From positions 1-51,136 of the forward strand of contig CANQJY010000001.1 in the NCBI GenBank assembly GCA_947624365.1: 51,136 bases of DNA, read 5' to 3'. The notes beneath the pieces were generated by a model, which worked only from the letters and a program-made list of their open reading frames with translations, was not told the origin of the DNA and made no database searches. The DNA comes from an uncultured Clostridia bacterium (GTDB taxonomy: Bacteria > Bacillota > Clostridia > TANB77 > CAG-508). The number at the start of each line of letters is the position of its first letter. Within the stretch, counting starts at the first letter, position 1. This document shows positions 30,393 to 40,181 of this stretch, piece after piece. Both the position numbers and the translations under genes were made by a program.

Positions 30393-30407
30393 TAAACATT
30401 GTGTTTT

Positions 30408-32198
30408 CTATGAATTGAAATTATTCCAAATTTCTTTTGCTATTTTTTCACTAATACCTTTTACTTGTTGCAATTCTTTCATACTTGCTTGTTTAATTTT
30501 CTTAACACTTCCAAAATGTTTTAATAACTCCTGCTTTTTGGCTTCACCTATTCCTTTGATATTATCTAATTCTGATTTTGTAATATCCTTTTCTCTTACC
30601 TTTCTATGATATGTTATTGCTGTATCATGGACTGTATCTTGAAATCTAGTAATAAGTTGTTTTAAATTTTCAGAAATAGGTAGTTCTTCTCTATTTTCAT
30701 TAATTAATGCTTTTGTTTGATGTTTATCATTTTTTACCATTCCAAATACCGGTATTGAAAGTTGGTATTTTTCAATAGCTCTCTTTGTTGCTCTTATTTG
30801 TGTAATACCACCATCTGCAAAAATTACATCTGGTAATTTTCCAAATCCTCCATTTGGATTTTCAATAGAATGTTTTAATCTCCTTTCAATTACTTCTTGC
30901 ATACAGCGAGGATCATCTTGACCATATATAGTTTTTATTTTAAAACGCCTTGATAAATTCTTTTTTATGACACCATCTTGCAACACGCACATTGCTGCTA
31001 CCATATGTTCTCCTGCCATATTTGAAATATCATAGGTCTCTATTTTTCTAGGTAAGATTTCTAATCCCAACACTTCTTTTAATTCCATTAAAATACTACT
31101 TTTATCTTTTTCTTTGTTTTCTAAGGTAACTTTACTATTCATTTCTGCCATTTCTACAAATCGCAATTTTTCTCCTTTTTTAGGACTTTTTAATTCTACT
31201 TTTTTGCCTAATTGATTAGAAAGCCACTCTTCTATAACTTGCTTGTCTTCTAATTCTTCTCGTAGCATTATTTTAGCTGGAATGTTTGGATTATCCATAT
31301 AATATTGTTTAATAAATCCTGATAAAATTTCTGCATCTGACATTCCTTTTAAATCTGTAAAAAAGTAGTGTTCTCTACCAATCATTTTACTGCCACGAAC
31401 AAAAAATATTTCAATACAAGTATCCATTTCTGATTGATACATACCTATTACGTCTATGCTATTTTCTGATAAATTAGATACTTTTTGTTTAGTAGATACT
31501 CTTTCTATTGATTGTTTTCTATCTCTTATTTCTGCTGCTTTTTCAAATTCTAATTTTTTTGATAATTGCTCCATTTGTATTTCTAACTCTTGTAATATTT
31601 TGTCTGTTTTTCCTTCTAATAAATCAATGATTTCATCAATTTGTTTCCTATATTCTTCTTTGCTCACATACCCCATACATGGTGCTAAACATTTTTTTAT
31701 ATGATAATTTAAGCAAGGTCTTGTACGTTGTTTTAAAGTCCTACATTGCCTAATTTTGTATTTCTGTTTTATGAATTCTATCATTTCTTTTGCAGCCCCT
31801 GGATTTGCATATGGTCCAAAATATTTTGAGCCATCATTTATGATTCTTCTTGTAAATACAACTGTCGGATAGTCTTCTTTTATATTAATCTTTATATATG
31901 GATAAGTTTTATCATCTTTTAATAAAACATTGAATTTGGGTCTGTGTTTTTTTATCAAATTACATTCCAAAATCAATGCTTCTGCTTCATTATCTACAAC
32001 AATATATTCAAAATGATCTATAGTATTTACCATATTTTCAATTCTTTTAGTTTTGTTATTTTTTCTAAAATATTGCCTTACTCTATTTTTTAGAGATATT
32101 GCTTTTCCTACATAAATGATATTGTCATTTTTGTCTTTCATAATATATACCCCTGGTTTATTAGGCAATTTTTTTAATTCTGCTTCAATATCAAACAT
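30408..32198 (-). CDS. uvrC: excinuclease ABC subunit C
   Basis: GIY-YIG N-terminus (GVYIMKDKNDNIIYVGKA), a UVR domain and C-terminal HhH; 596 aa. Confidence 0.95.
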   Translation of the reverse strand: MFDIEAELKKLPNKPGVYIMKDKNDNIIYVGKAISLKNRVRQYFRKNNKTKRIENMVNTIDHFEYIVVDNEAEALILECNLIKKHRPKFNVLLKDDKTYPYIKINIKEDYPTVVFTRRIINDGSKYFGPYANPGAAKEMIEFIKQKYKIRQCRTLKQRTRPCLNYHIKKCLAPCMGYVSKEEYRKQIDEIIDLLEGKTDKILQELEIQMEQLSKKLEFEKAAEIRDRKQSIERVSTKQKVSNLSENSIDVIGMYQSEMDTCIEIFFVRGSKMIGREHYFFTDLKGMSDAEILSGFIKQYYMDNPNIPAKIMLREELEDKQVIEEWLSNQLGKKVELKSPKKGEKLRFVEMAEMNSKVTLENKEKDKSSILMELKEVLGLEILPRKIETYDISNMAGEHMVAAMCVLQDGVIKKNLSRRFKIKTIYGQDDPRCMQEVIERRLKHSIENPNGGFGKLPDVIFADGGITQIRATKRAIEKYQLSIPVFGMVKNDKHQTKALINENREELPISENLKQLITRFQDTVHDTAITYHRKVREKDITKSELDNIKGIGEAKKQELLKHFGSVKKIKQASMKELQQVKGISEKIAKEIWNNFNS

Positions 32199-32207
32199 GT
32201 TTTTCTC

Positions 32208-32711
32208 CTATTCTATATATCCTATATATGGCAGGTTTCGATATTGTTGGTTATAATCTAAACCAAAACCAACAATAAATTTATCTTCTATTTGAAATCC
32301 AGTATAGTCTGCTTCTATTTCTGTAACTCGTCTAGATGGTTTATCTAATAAAGCCGCAATTTTCAAACTATTTGGTTCTTTTTCTAGTAAATATTGTTTT
32401 AAAAATGTTAAAGTTCTTCCTGTATCAACAATATCTTCTACAATGATAACATCTTTTCCTTCGATATCATGTGCTATGTCTTTATTTATTTTAATCTTTC
32501 CTGTACTCTCAGTTCCTTCATAGCTAGATACTTCTATAAATTCAAATCGTATATCATTTTTTATGTTTTTAGCTAATTCCCATAAAAATGGTACAGAACC
32601 TTTTAAAATTCCTATAAATATAATCTGTTTCCCTTCATATTCTTTTTCAATTTGTTTAGCTATTTCTTTAATTCTTTCTTGTATTTTTGCTTCATCAATT
32701 AATACTTTCAT
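32208..32711 (-). CDS. hpt: hypoxanthine phosphoribosyltransferase
   Basis: PRPP-binding motif VIIVEDIVDTGRTL; 167 aa. Confidence 0.9.
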   Translation of the reverse strand: MKVLIDEAKIQERIKEIAKQIEKEYEGKQIIFIGILKGSVPFLWELAKNIKNDIRFEFIEVSSYEGTESTGKIKINKDIAHDIEGKDVIIVEDIVDTGRTLTFLKQYLLEKEPNSLKIAALLDKPSRRVTEIEADYTGFQIEDKFIVGFGLDYNQQYRNLPYIGYIE

Positions 32712-32787
32712 TTTTATCTTTCCCCTCTCCTATCATTTTATATTATAATATATTTAGCTACAAATTGCAATTTAAATTTAAAAACTC

Positions 32788-32816
32788 TTGCTACATTTTT
32801 GATACTATGTTAATAT
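32788..32816 (+). promoter_or_regulatory. candidate sigma-A promoter for glmS (extended -10)
   Basis: TTGCTA-17 nt-TAATAT with TG at -15/-14, about 50 nt upstream of the glmS RBS. Confidence 0.45.
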
Positions 32817-32864
32817 AATATAGAAATTAAAAGTATTCAACATTTTTTTGTAGGAGGTTCACAT

Positions 32865-34706
32865 ATGTGTGGAATTGTAGGTTATATAGGAACTAAAAAA
32901 GCCTGTCCTATTTTATTGGCGGGTTTATCTAGATTAGAATATAGAGGTTATGATTCGGCTGGTATTTCAACAATTGAAAAAAATGGTCTTTCTCTTGTAA
33001 AAGATAAAGGAAGAGTTAAAATTTTAGAAAATAATCCAGCAATAAATACCCTAGAAGGTACAATTGGAATTGCTCATACAAGATGGGCAACTCATGGAAA
33101 ACCTTCAAAAGAAAATTCTCATCCACATCAAGATAATAGCAAAATATTTAGTGTAGTACACAATGGAATTATTGAAAATTACCAAGAATTACGTAATATG
33201 TTAGAAAAAAATGGTTATACCTTTTTATCACAAACAGATACAGAAGTTATTCCAAATCTAATTAATTATTATTACAAAAAAGAACAAGAACATGATATTC
33301 ATGCTTTCTTAAAAGCTGTTAGAAATTGTTGCTTAGATTTAAAAGGTAGTTTTGCAATTGAAGTAATTTCAAGTGAATTTCCTAAAAATATGATTGTAGT
33401 TAGAAAAGATAGTCCTCTTGTTATTGGAACATGTGAGAGTGAAAAATATATTTCTTCTGATATTCCAGCTATTTTATCTTATACTCGTGATTTCTATTTC
33501 TTAAACGATTTGGAATTTGCTTTATTAGAAAATACCAATACTACATTTTTCAATAGTAATCTTGAAGAGATTAATAAGCCAACAAGCAATATTGAATGGG
33601 ATGCAACAGCTAGTGAAAAAAACGGATATGAAGATTTTATGTTAAAAGAAATCTATGAACAACCAACTGCTATTAGAGAAACAATAGGATCTAAAATTTC
33701 TTTAGAAAGCAAATGCGATTTTGAAGAATTAGAATTAACAAAAGACTATTTAGAATCAGTTAATAAAATTTATATTATTGCCTGTGGTACTGCTATGCAT
33801 GCTGGTCTTGCTGGAAAAAATGTTATTGAAAAATTATGCCGTATTCCAGTTGAAGTAGATATTGCATCTGAATTCCGCTATCGCAATCCAATTGTAAATG
33901 AAAAAACTCTTTGTATTTTTATTTCACAATCTGGTGAAACTGCAGATACTATTGCAGCTCTTAAATTAGCAAAGCTTTGCGGAAGTAGAACTATTGCAAT
34001 ATCTAATGTAATTGGTAGTTCAATTACCAGAGAAGCAGATTATTCTATATATACACATGCTGGTCCAGAAATTGCAGTTGCCTCTACAAAGGCATATACT
34101 TCTCAAGTAGTTCTTTTAAATATGTTAGCACTATATTTTGCTGAAATTTTGGAAATAGTTGATATGGATTTAATAAATAATATCAAAAAAGAAATGTTAC
34201 TTTTACCAAAAAAGATTGAAGAAACATTTTCTTGTAAAAACTCTATTCAAGAATTTGCTAAAAAAATTTATCAAGAAAAAGATGTCTTCTTCCTAGGTAG
34301 AGGTATTGATGAAACTGTTGCTAAAGAAGGTTCTTTAAAATTAAAAGAAATTTCTTATATTCACTCAGAAAGCTATGCAGCAGGAGAATTAAAACATGGT
34401 CCAATTGCTTTGATTGAAAATGGTATAACTGTAATTAGTATTTTAATGGATAGTTCTTTAATAGAAAAAACTATTAGTAATATACAAGAAGTTATCTCAA
34501 GAGGAGCAAAAACATTGGTTGTAACAAGCCATGATTGTAATACTACAATGTTTGATGAAGTTATAAAAATTCCAGATACAATTCCTTATTTGTCTCCTAT
34601 CTTATCTGTTATCCCTTTGCAATTATTAGCATATTATATTTCAAAGGAAAAAGGATTAGATGTTGATAAACCTAGAAATTTAGCAAAATCTGTAACAGTA
34701 GAATAA
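32865..34706 (+). CDS. glmS: glutamine--fructose-6-phosphate aminotransferase
   Basis: MCGIVGYIG Ntn-Cys start, two SIS domains and C-terminal ...KSVTVE; 613 aa. Confidence 0.95.
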   Translation: MCGIVGYIGTKKACPILLAGLSRLEYRGYDSAGISTIEKNGLSLVKDKGRVKILENNPAINTLEGTIGIAHTRWATHGKPSKENSHPHQDNSKIFSVVHNGIIENYQELRNMLEKNGYTFLSQTDTEVIPNLINYYYKKEQEHDIHAFLKAVRNCCLDLKGSFAIEVISSEFPKNMIVVRKDSPLVIGTCESEKYISSDIPAILSYTRDFYFLNDLEFALLENTNTTFFNSNLEEINKPTSNIEWDATASEKNGYEDFMLKEIYEQPTAIRETIGSKISLESKCDFEELELTKDYLESVNKIYIIACGTAMHAGLAGKNVIEKLCRIPVEVDIASEFRYRNPIVNEKTLCIFISQSGETADTIAALKLAKLCGSRTIAISNVIGSSITREADYSIYTHAGPEIAVASTKAYTSQVVLLNMLALYFAEILEIVDMDLINNIKKEMLLLPKKIEETFSCKNSIQEFAKKIYQEKDVFFLGRGIDETVAKEGSLKLKEISYIHSESYAAGELKHGPIALIENGITVISILMDSSLIEKTISNIQEVISRGAKTLVVTSHDCNTTMFDEVIKIPDTIPYLSPILSVIPLQLLAYYISKEKGLDVDKPRNLAKSVTVE

Positions 34707-34710
34707 TATT

Positions 34711-34747
34711 AAAACAACTTGCCCTAACTAAGGGCAAGTTGTTTTTT
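34711..34747. terminator. bidirectional rho-independent terminator
   Basis: AAAACAACTTGCCC-loop-GGGCAAGTTGTTTT followed by a T-run. Confidence 0.75.
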
Positions 34748-34756
34748 ATCTAGATT

Positions 34757-35017
34757 TCATCCTACTAATAATTTAACAATTATTAATACAACTGCTCCTG
34801 GTAACCCTAATAATCCTACCAAAATACTTGTAAAAACATTTAGTCCTATGTGAAATCCAAAATTAGCTCCTATAATATTAATAAAAAAAATAACACATCC
34901 ACCTATAATAGAATTAAGAACTAATTTTAACACTTTTCTAATTGGTACTATAAAAATTCTACCAAATAAAAATAGAAAACATATACATGCTAAATATGTA
35001 ATTATATTAATATTCAT
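34757..35017 (-). CDS. bofA: BofA-family pro-sigma-K processing inhibitor
   Basis: 86-aa two-to-three-TM protein with ...NSIIGG...GLLGLPGAVVLI..., next to yaaL as in the Bacillus recR-yaaL-bofA arrangement. Confidence 0.75.
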   Translation of the reverse strand: MNINIITYLACICFLFLFGRIFIVPIRKVLKLVLNSIIGGCVIFFINIIGANFGFHIGLNVFTSILVGLLGLPGAVVLIIVKLLVG

Positions 35018-35079
35018 AAAAAACCCCTCTTTGCATCTTTTATATTATTATTACTATGCAAAAGAGGGACAAATATGTC

Positions 35080-35367
35080 TTAAATTACTTCTTCACCTTT
35101 TTCTAAAAATTGACATTCCATATCTTTTATGAAATTGACATTTAAACCTTTTACTTTCGCCATTTTGATCAAATAATCTAATTTTGCTTGATTAGCTTTG
35201 ATTTGATAAATATAATAATCAATTAAATCTGCGTCTGCAAATTCATAATTTCTATTAGCAAATTCTAGTTCTTTTCTTGTTCGAATAATATGGCAAATCA
35301 GTTCAGTATCTTTATCTAATTCTGTTCTTTCTATCATTAGTTCATCTTTTTTATAAAATTCCTGCAT
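35080..35367 (-). CDS. yaaL: YaaL/DUF2508-family protein
   Basis: 95 aa with ELEFANRNYEFADADLIDYYIYQIKANQAKLDYLIKMAK, which matches my recollection of DUF2508. Confidence 0.65.
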   Translation of the reverse strand: MQEFYKKDELMIERTELDKDTELICHIIRTRKELEFANRNYEFADADLIDYYIYQIKANQAKLDYLIKMAKVKGLNVNFIKDMECQFLEKGEEVI

Positions 35368-35500
35368 TATATCACCTCAAATCAATTTACGAATATTATA
35401 TGTACAAACTATAAAAATTATTCTCAAAGCTCTTGATTTTTTGCTCATTTTATAGGATAATATATATGTATGATGTTAAATTAAAGAAAGGATTAATAGA

Positions 35501-37828
35501 ATGAAGTTAATTGATAAAATGTTAAAGAAATTAAATACTACTCGTAACAACTTCGCTACATATATTCTAACACTAATTACTTTTTACATTGTAATTGATA
35601 GATTAGTAGAAATGCTATTGATGATTTTTACAGGTGTGTCATATTCTTATTGGGGACCTATTCAATATTGTCTTGCACTAGCTTGCCCTGCTTTAGCATA
35701 TGCACTTTCTGTACCCTCAGAATTTTCTACTTCAAAAGCACAGAAAATTAGAATTTTTTACATATATGTAATTTTATTTGGTGTTATTGCGGCATCTATG
35801 ATTCTACAATGGGTTAATATGGGGATTTGGATTTTCTTAGTTTCTGTTCCGGGTTATGAAGATTTAGTTACAAATTTTTCTGAATTATTTAGACCAGCTC
35901 TTACCTCAATTGCTATATTTATACCAATTGCAATTGCTTATAGAGTTTTTAAATTTTTATACTTTTCTGTTAATGACAGCCTTGACCATAAAAAATCAAT
36001 TTGGGATTACCCTGGTATAAATTTATCAGATACAAAAGTTGGACATGGTCCATTCACTTGTGAATTATTTATGTTTAAAGATTCTGAAACTGGAAAAACT
36101 GCTATTATGCCAGAAACCTCTAGATTTCAAGCCACTTTAGTATGCGGTGGATCTGGTAGTGGAAAAACCTCTTTAGTATTTGAGCCATTTATTGCAAGAG
36201 ATTTAGAGAGAAAATTTTTCTTCCATGAAGTTTCAAAAGAGATGGGATATACAGCTTTAAAAACACGTATTGCTGTATTAAATAAGCCTTATGATAATGA
36301 CTATTTAAATGAACATTTTCATCTAAGTATGTTATCACCTGCTTATGGCAAAGAAACAATTTATAAAACATATATGAAAAAAATGATCTTGTCAGATATA
36401 CCTGAAATTATTTACAAAGATTGTGGTGTAACTGTAATGTCACCTGATAAAGAAATTTGTACTCATATGGCTGATGTTGCAAAAAACTTTGGTTTTACAT
36501 GTAATATTATAGATCCTTCAGATGTAAATTCTGTTGGTATTAACCCATTTGTATATGATGATCCATATAAAATTGCAACAACAATATCTTCTGCATTAAA
36601 GGCAATGTATAATGATATTCATTACCAGTCATCAGAAGCATATCGTGAAGATACTTCAATTCAAGCTATTGAAAATGTATCAATTTTATTAAAAGAAATG
36701 TATCCTCGTATGAATGAAGGAAACCTACCAAATTTGGAAGATATGCTAAAAATGTTTACAAATTTTGACCTAGTAGAAAAAATGTGTGAAATCTTAGCTC
36801 ATGATGAAAACTTAAAAGAAAAATATTCTGTACAACTTGCGTACTTTAAAAAGAACTTCTATAAAACTGGTTCTGGAAGGGATTTTACAGAAAAATCTAT
36901 TTTTGCTGCAGTTTCACAATTAGATAATTTGTTAAGATTAGATGGGGTTAAATCTGTTCTTTGTAACAGACATAATAATGTTAATTTTGATGATATGCTA
37001 TCAAATGGAGAAATAACTTTTGTATGTACAAGAAGAGGCGATTTAGGTGTAAATAGCCATAAGGCTTTTGGATTATTTTTCTTAAATGCATTAGAAAATG
37101 CGGTTTTAAGAAGACCTGGTTCAGAAAGTTCTCGAGTTCCACATTTCTTATATATTGATGAATTCCCTGAATTTATTGGGAAATCAACTGAACCTATATT
37201 CACTATGTTCCGTAAATATAAAGTTGGTAGTATAATTTCCGCACAAAACTTGTCACAATTAGATCCTTCTACTTCACAACAAAGTTATCGTGACACAATT
37301 TTGGCAAACTGCACAAACAAAATCTTTACTGGTAATGCAACTGAAGATGATTTAAATTGGTGGGAATTTGAATTTGGAGAGCATAGAGAGTGGAGATTTA
37401 CTAGCACTATTGACTTTAGTACAAATGAATATAAAAATGAGCATGGTAATGTTGATTGGAAATGGATTAAAAATTTCTTAGCTGGTAAATTACAATATTT
37501 TGGTCAAACGGATTGTGCTTATAAAATACGTAATGAAAATGGAAAGCCACTTGTAGGTATGGGAAAAATGTCTTATTTAGATAGTAAATATAAAGAACCA
37601 CAAAAAATCAAAAAATATGATTTTGGCAAATACTCTGATGGTATAACTACTTCGACTGAAGATTTTGAAAACGGTACCCAAAAAGAAAAATTTAATTTAA
37701 AGAATTTGGACTTTTTAGATAATCGTAATGAATTTAATCCTGTACAAACAGATACTACAGATTCAAAATATTTATTTGATAATGAAGATGCCATTGTTGT
37801 AAATTTAAAAAAGAAACGTTCTGAATAA
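35501..37828 (+). CDS. VirD4/TraG-like type IV coupling protein-family ATPase with an extended polytopic N-terminus
   Basis: About 5 predicted TM helices in the first 160 aa; Walker A LVCGGSGSGKTS; NIIDPSDVNSVGINPF; Walker B FLYIDEFPEF; SAQNLSQL...TNKIFTGN. Confidence 0.65.
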   Translation: MKLIDKMLKKLNTTRNNFATYILTLITFYIVIDRLVEMLLMIFTGVSYSYWGPIQYCLALACPALAYALSVPSEFSTSKAQKIRIFYIYVILFGVIAASMILQWVNMGIWIFLVSVPGYEDLVTNFSELFRPALTSIAIFIPIAIAYRVFKFLYFSVNDSLDHKKSIWDYPGINLSDTKVGHGPFTCELFMFKDSETGKTAIMPETSRFQATLVCGGSGSGKTSLVFEPFIARDLERKFFFHEVSKEMGYTALKTRIAVLNKPYDNDYLNEHFHLSMLSPAYGKETIYKTYMKKMILSDIPEIIYKDCGVTVMSPDKEICTHMADVAKNFGFTCNIIDPSDVNSVGINPFVYDDPYKIATTISSALKAMYNDIHYQSSEAYREDTSIQAIENVSILLKEMYPRMNEGNLPNLEDMLKMFTNFDLVEKMCEILAHDENLKEKYSVQLAYFKKNFYKTGSGRDFTEKSIFAAVSQLDNLLRLDGVKSVLCNRHNNVNFDDMLSNGEITFVCTRRGDLGVNSHKAFGLFFLNALENAVLRRPGSESSRVPHFLYIDEFPEFIGKSTEPIFTMFRKYKVGSIISAQNLSQLDPSTSQQSYRDTILANCTNKIFTGNATEDDLNWWEFEFGEHREWRFTSTIDFSTNEYKNEHGNVDWKWIKNFLAGKLQYFGQTDCAYKIRNENGKPLVGMGKMSYLDSKYKEPQKIKKYDFGKYSDGITTSTEDFENGTQKEKFNLKNLDFLDNRNEFNPVQTDTTDSKYLFDNEDAIVVNLKKKRSE

Positions 37829-37832
37829 TGAA

Positions 37833-37869
37833 AAGAGAGAACTTGTAATTAAAAGTTCTCTCCTTTTTT
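37833..37869. terminator. bidirectional rho-independent terminator
   Basis: GAGAGAACTT-loop-AAGTTCTCTC followed by a T-run, between convergent genes. Confidence 0.7.
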
Positions 37870-37871
37870 GT

Positions 37872-38726
37872 TTAAATTTGTATCCCCATAAATTCTATCA
37901 AAATTCCAGATATCATACCTATTGTATACAGTAATCCAACAATAAATAAATTTTGCTTTATTCCCTTATTAGTTTTAAATAAAACTGCAAGTCCTATTCC
38001 AGCTCCTGTTAGTAATCCTGAAATTAAGCTTGCCACAGATATTACATTTTGCAAATACATATTTGTAATAATTACAGATGCTGCACAGTTTGGTATCAAT
38101 CCTATTAAAGCTGAAACCATCGGTCCTAAAATAGGTCTATTTAATAGTAAATGTGCAATAGTTTCCTCACCAATAAAATATACTGCTGTATTAATAATAA
38201 ATGTAATTAATAATATGAATAAGAAAATATTAATAGTATGTTTTAATGCTGATTTAAATATACCTTCTTCATCACAGTGGCAATGTTCTTCTTCACAAAG
38301 ATGTCCAATATCATTTTTTTCTTCTTTAGTTGGTCTCAAATGATATATAAAATCTATCAATATTCCTGCAACCATTCCTATAACAAGCTTTATTGCTAAT
38401 ATTTTTATAATTACACTTGGCTCTACCGCTTCTGAAATTAAAATTGGCAACATTTCATCTGATGTAGATAAGTACACACTAATAAGAGTTCCTAATGTAA
38501 TAACACGACCTGCATATAAATTTGTAGCAGATACTGAGAAACCACATTGTGGGAAAGCTCCTAATATTCCTCCTATTATTGGTCCTAACTTACCAGATTT
38601 TTGAATAGCTTGTTTAGACTTTTCTGCCATTTTATGTTCAATATATTCCATTAGTAAATATGTAACAAATAGAAATGGTAATAATTTTATGCCATCTATT
38701 AATGTATCTTGTATAATTTCTAACAT
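37872..38726 (-). CDS. ArsP_2/putative metal permease-family membrane protein
   Basis: Polytopic 284-aa protein with ...GAFPQCGFSV... and ...IPNCAASV... repeats and a HLCEEEHCHCDEE loop. Family assignment is from memory. Confidence 0.55.
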   Translation of the reverse strand: MLEIIQDTLIDGIKLLPFLFVTYLLMEYIEHKMAEKSKQAIQKSGKLGPIIGGILGAFPQCGFSVSATNLYAGRVITLGTLISVYLSTSDEMLPILISEAVEPSVIIKILAIKLVIGMVAGILIDFIYHLRPTKEEKNDIGHLCEEEHCHCDEEGIFKSALKHTINIFLFILLITFIINTAVYFIGEETIAHLLLNRPILGPMVSALIGLIPNCAASVIITNMYLQNVISVASLISGLLTGAGIGLAVLFKTNKGIKQNLFIVGLLYTIGMISGILIEFMGIQI

Positions 38727-38789
38727 ATTTTTCTCCTTTTTATATTTTAAAATACATTAATTTTTAGCATTATATCACATTTATTTATA

Positions 38790-38832
38790 AAAATAAAGCA
38801 TTTGAAGTTTTTTTACATCAAATGCTTTTTTC
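38790..38832 (-). terminator. rho-independent terminator
   Basis: AAGCATTTGA-loop-TCAAATGCTT with flanking A/T runs, after the stop at 38837. Confidence 0.5.
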
Positions 38833-38836
38833 CTCT

Positions 38837-39337
38837 TTATCTATATGTTCCGCAAAACCTACCTCTTCTACCATTTGTATTAGATGTTGGTTCAATATTC
38901 GCCATTACTGTAATGGTATTATTATCAACTTGCCTACAAGAACAGGTTGTTCCATTTCTGCCAATTGAATATGTTCCATTAAAACTATTATTAGCTGTAT
39001 TTATATCTCCATTAATACTTGTTGTAATAATATTATTGTCTTCATTTGAATTATTCTGGCAACAACATCTTCTTCTATTACAATTATTATTTTCCTCATC
39101 TTCATCCCAATTAATTCTACAAAGTAGCATTACAATATATGCTGTAAGTAAAGATAATAAAGTATATGCAATTGCTGCAACTAGTGCCTCAAAAGTACCA
39201 ATTACAAATGCAACAATTAAAAAAACGGCAAAAATAATACTAGCTACAATAAAAGGACATCTGAAAATTCTTTGCAAAATGATAGAGAAGATAATAACTG
39301 CTATAGGAAGTGCAAAAAATATTAGTAATGTATTCAT
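38837..39337 (-). CDS. membrane protein with an Asn/Cys-rich C-terminal tail
   Basis: Three N-terminal TM helices followed by ...EENNNCNRRRCCCQNNSNEDNN... low complexity. GGAG-type RBS (AAGGAGAAAA). Confidence 0.5.
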   Translation of the reverse strand: MNTLLIFFALPIAVIIFSIILQRIFRCPFIVASIIFAVFLIVAFVIGTFEALVAAIAYTLLSLLTAYIVMLLCRINWDEDEENNNCNRRRCCCQNNSNEDNNIITTSINGDINTANNSFNGTYSIGRNGTTCSCRQVDNNTITVMANIEPTSNTNGRRGRFCGTYR

Positions 39338-39390
39338 CTTTTTTCTCCTTTACTCTTTTTTATATATTATGTCTTTTATCTTTTTTATGT

Positions 39391-39423
39391 GAAAAAATAG
39401 AACTAAGAAACTCTTAGTTCTAT
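39391..39423 (-). terminator. rho-independent terminator after truA
   Basis: ATAGAACTAAG-loop-CTTAGTTCTAT followed by TTTTT on the minus strand. Confidence 0.65.
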
Positions 39424-39430
39424 TAATTAT

Positions 39431-40172
39431 TTAATTATCATATTCTACTTTCATTAAATATAATCCTTGTGGTGGTAATGTTTTTCCTGCCATATTTCTG
39501 TCCTTGGATTTAATAATATGAGGTATTTCTTCCGGATTTATTTTTCCCATCCCCACTTCTACCAATGTTCCTGCAATAATACGAACCATGTTATATAAAA
39601 ATCCATTTCCAGTTAATTCTATATAAATTCTATCATCTTTTTTATAAACATCTGCATCATAAATAGTTCTTACACTGCTTTTACTACTAGTTCCACTTGC
39701 CTTAAAAGCTTTGAAATCATGTTCGCCGATAAAATATTTAATCGCTTTTTGCATTTTTGAAACATCCAATTTTGTAGAAATATTAGTTTCTAAATTTCTA
39801 TAAATTGCTGTTCCATTTTCTGAATTATTAATTATATATCTATATGTCTTTTTTTTACAAGATAGTCTACTATGAAATAATTCTGGCACCTCTTCTGCTT
39901 GTACAATTCTTATACTTTTCTTTAAATTTGTATTTATTGCAATTGCTATTTTTTCAATAGGTATTTGAGAATTAGTTTTAAAATTTGCAACTTGGCCAAA
40001 AGCATGTACACCAGCATCTGTTCTTCCTGATGCAAATAATTCTACTGTTTCGCCTGTTATTTGATAAATTGCTTGTTCAATACTACCTTGTATATTTAAT
40101 TTGTTTGGCTGTTTTTGCCAACCGGTTGAAATCTTTTCCATCATATTCAATTGTTAATTTAATGTTTCGCAT
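39431..40172 (-). CDS. truA: tRNA pseudouridine(38-40) synthase TruA, needs a +1 shift at CGG 40122-40124
   Basis: The true start ATG at 40172 gives MRNIKLTIEYDGKDFN. Skipping one C then gives GWQKQPNKLNIQGSIE...GRTDAGVHAFGQ. The track ORF (39431..40150) starts at a spurious internal Met. Total length is 1 mod 3. Confidence 0.85.
40122..40124 (-). other. zero-frame CGG at the truA +1 frame break (UUC AAC CGG U -> GGU)
   Basis: Read directly; the zero frame stops 12 codons later. The DG-4 residues-GWQ spacing is restored only by skipping one base. Confidence 0.8.
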
Positions 40173-40181
40173 AATATCACT

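Noticed and set aside
30334-30407. T-box leader upstream of aspS
   Set aside because: Only 74 nt separate uvrC from aspS, and they are filled by a consensus-like promoter and the RBS. There is no room for a specifier/antiterminator structure.
32712-32864. glmS ribozyme upstream of glmS
   Set aside because: The leader is only about 150 nt, extremely AT-rich, and lacks anything resembling the GC-rich conserved core of the glmS ribozyme. It is better explained as a plain promoter plus RBS.
35501-37828. An integrative conjugative element or prophage around the T4CP-like gene
   Set aside because: No integrase, relaxase, VirB4, replication or phage structural genes are present, and no flanking direct repeats are visible. 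The neighbours are conserved chromosomal genes.
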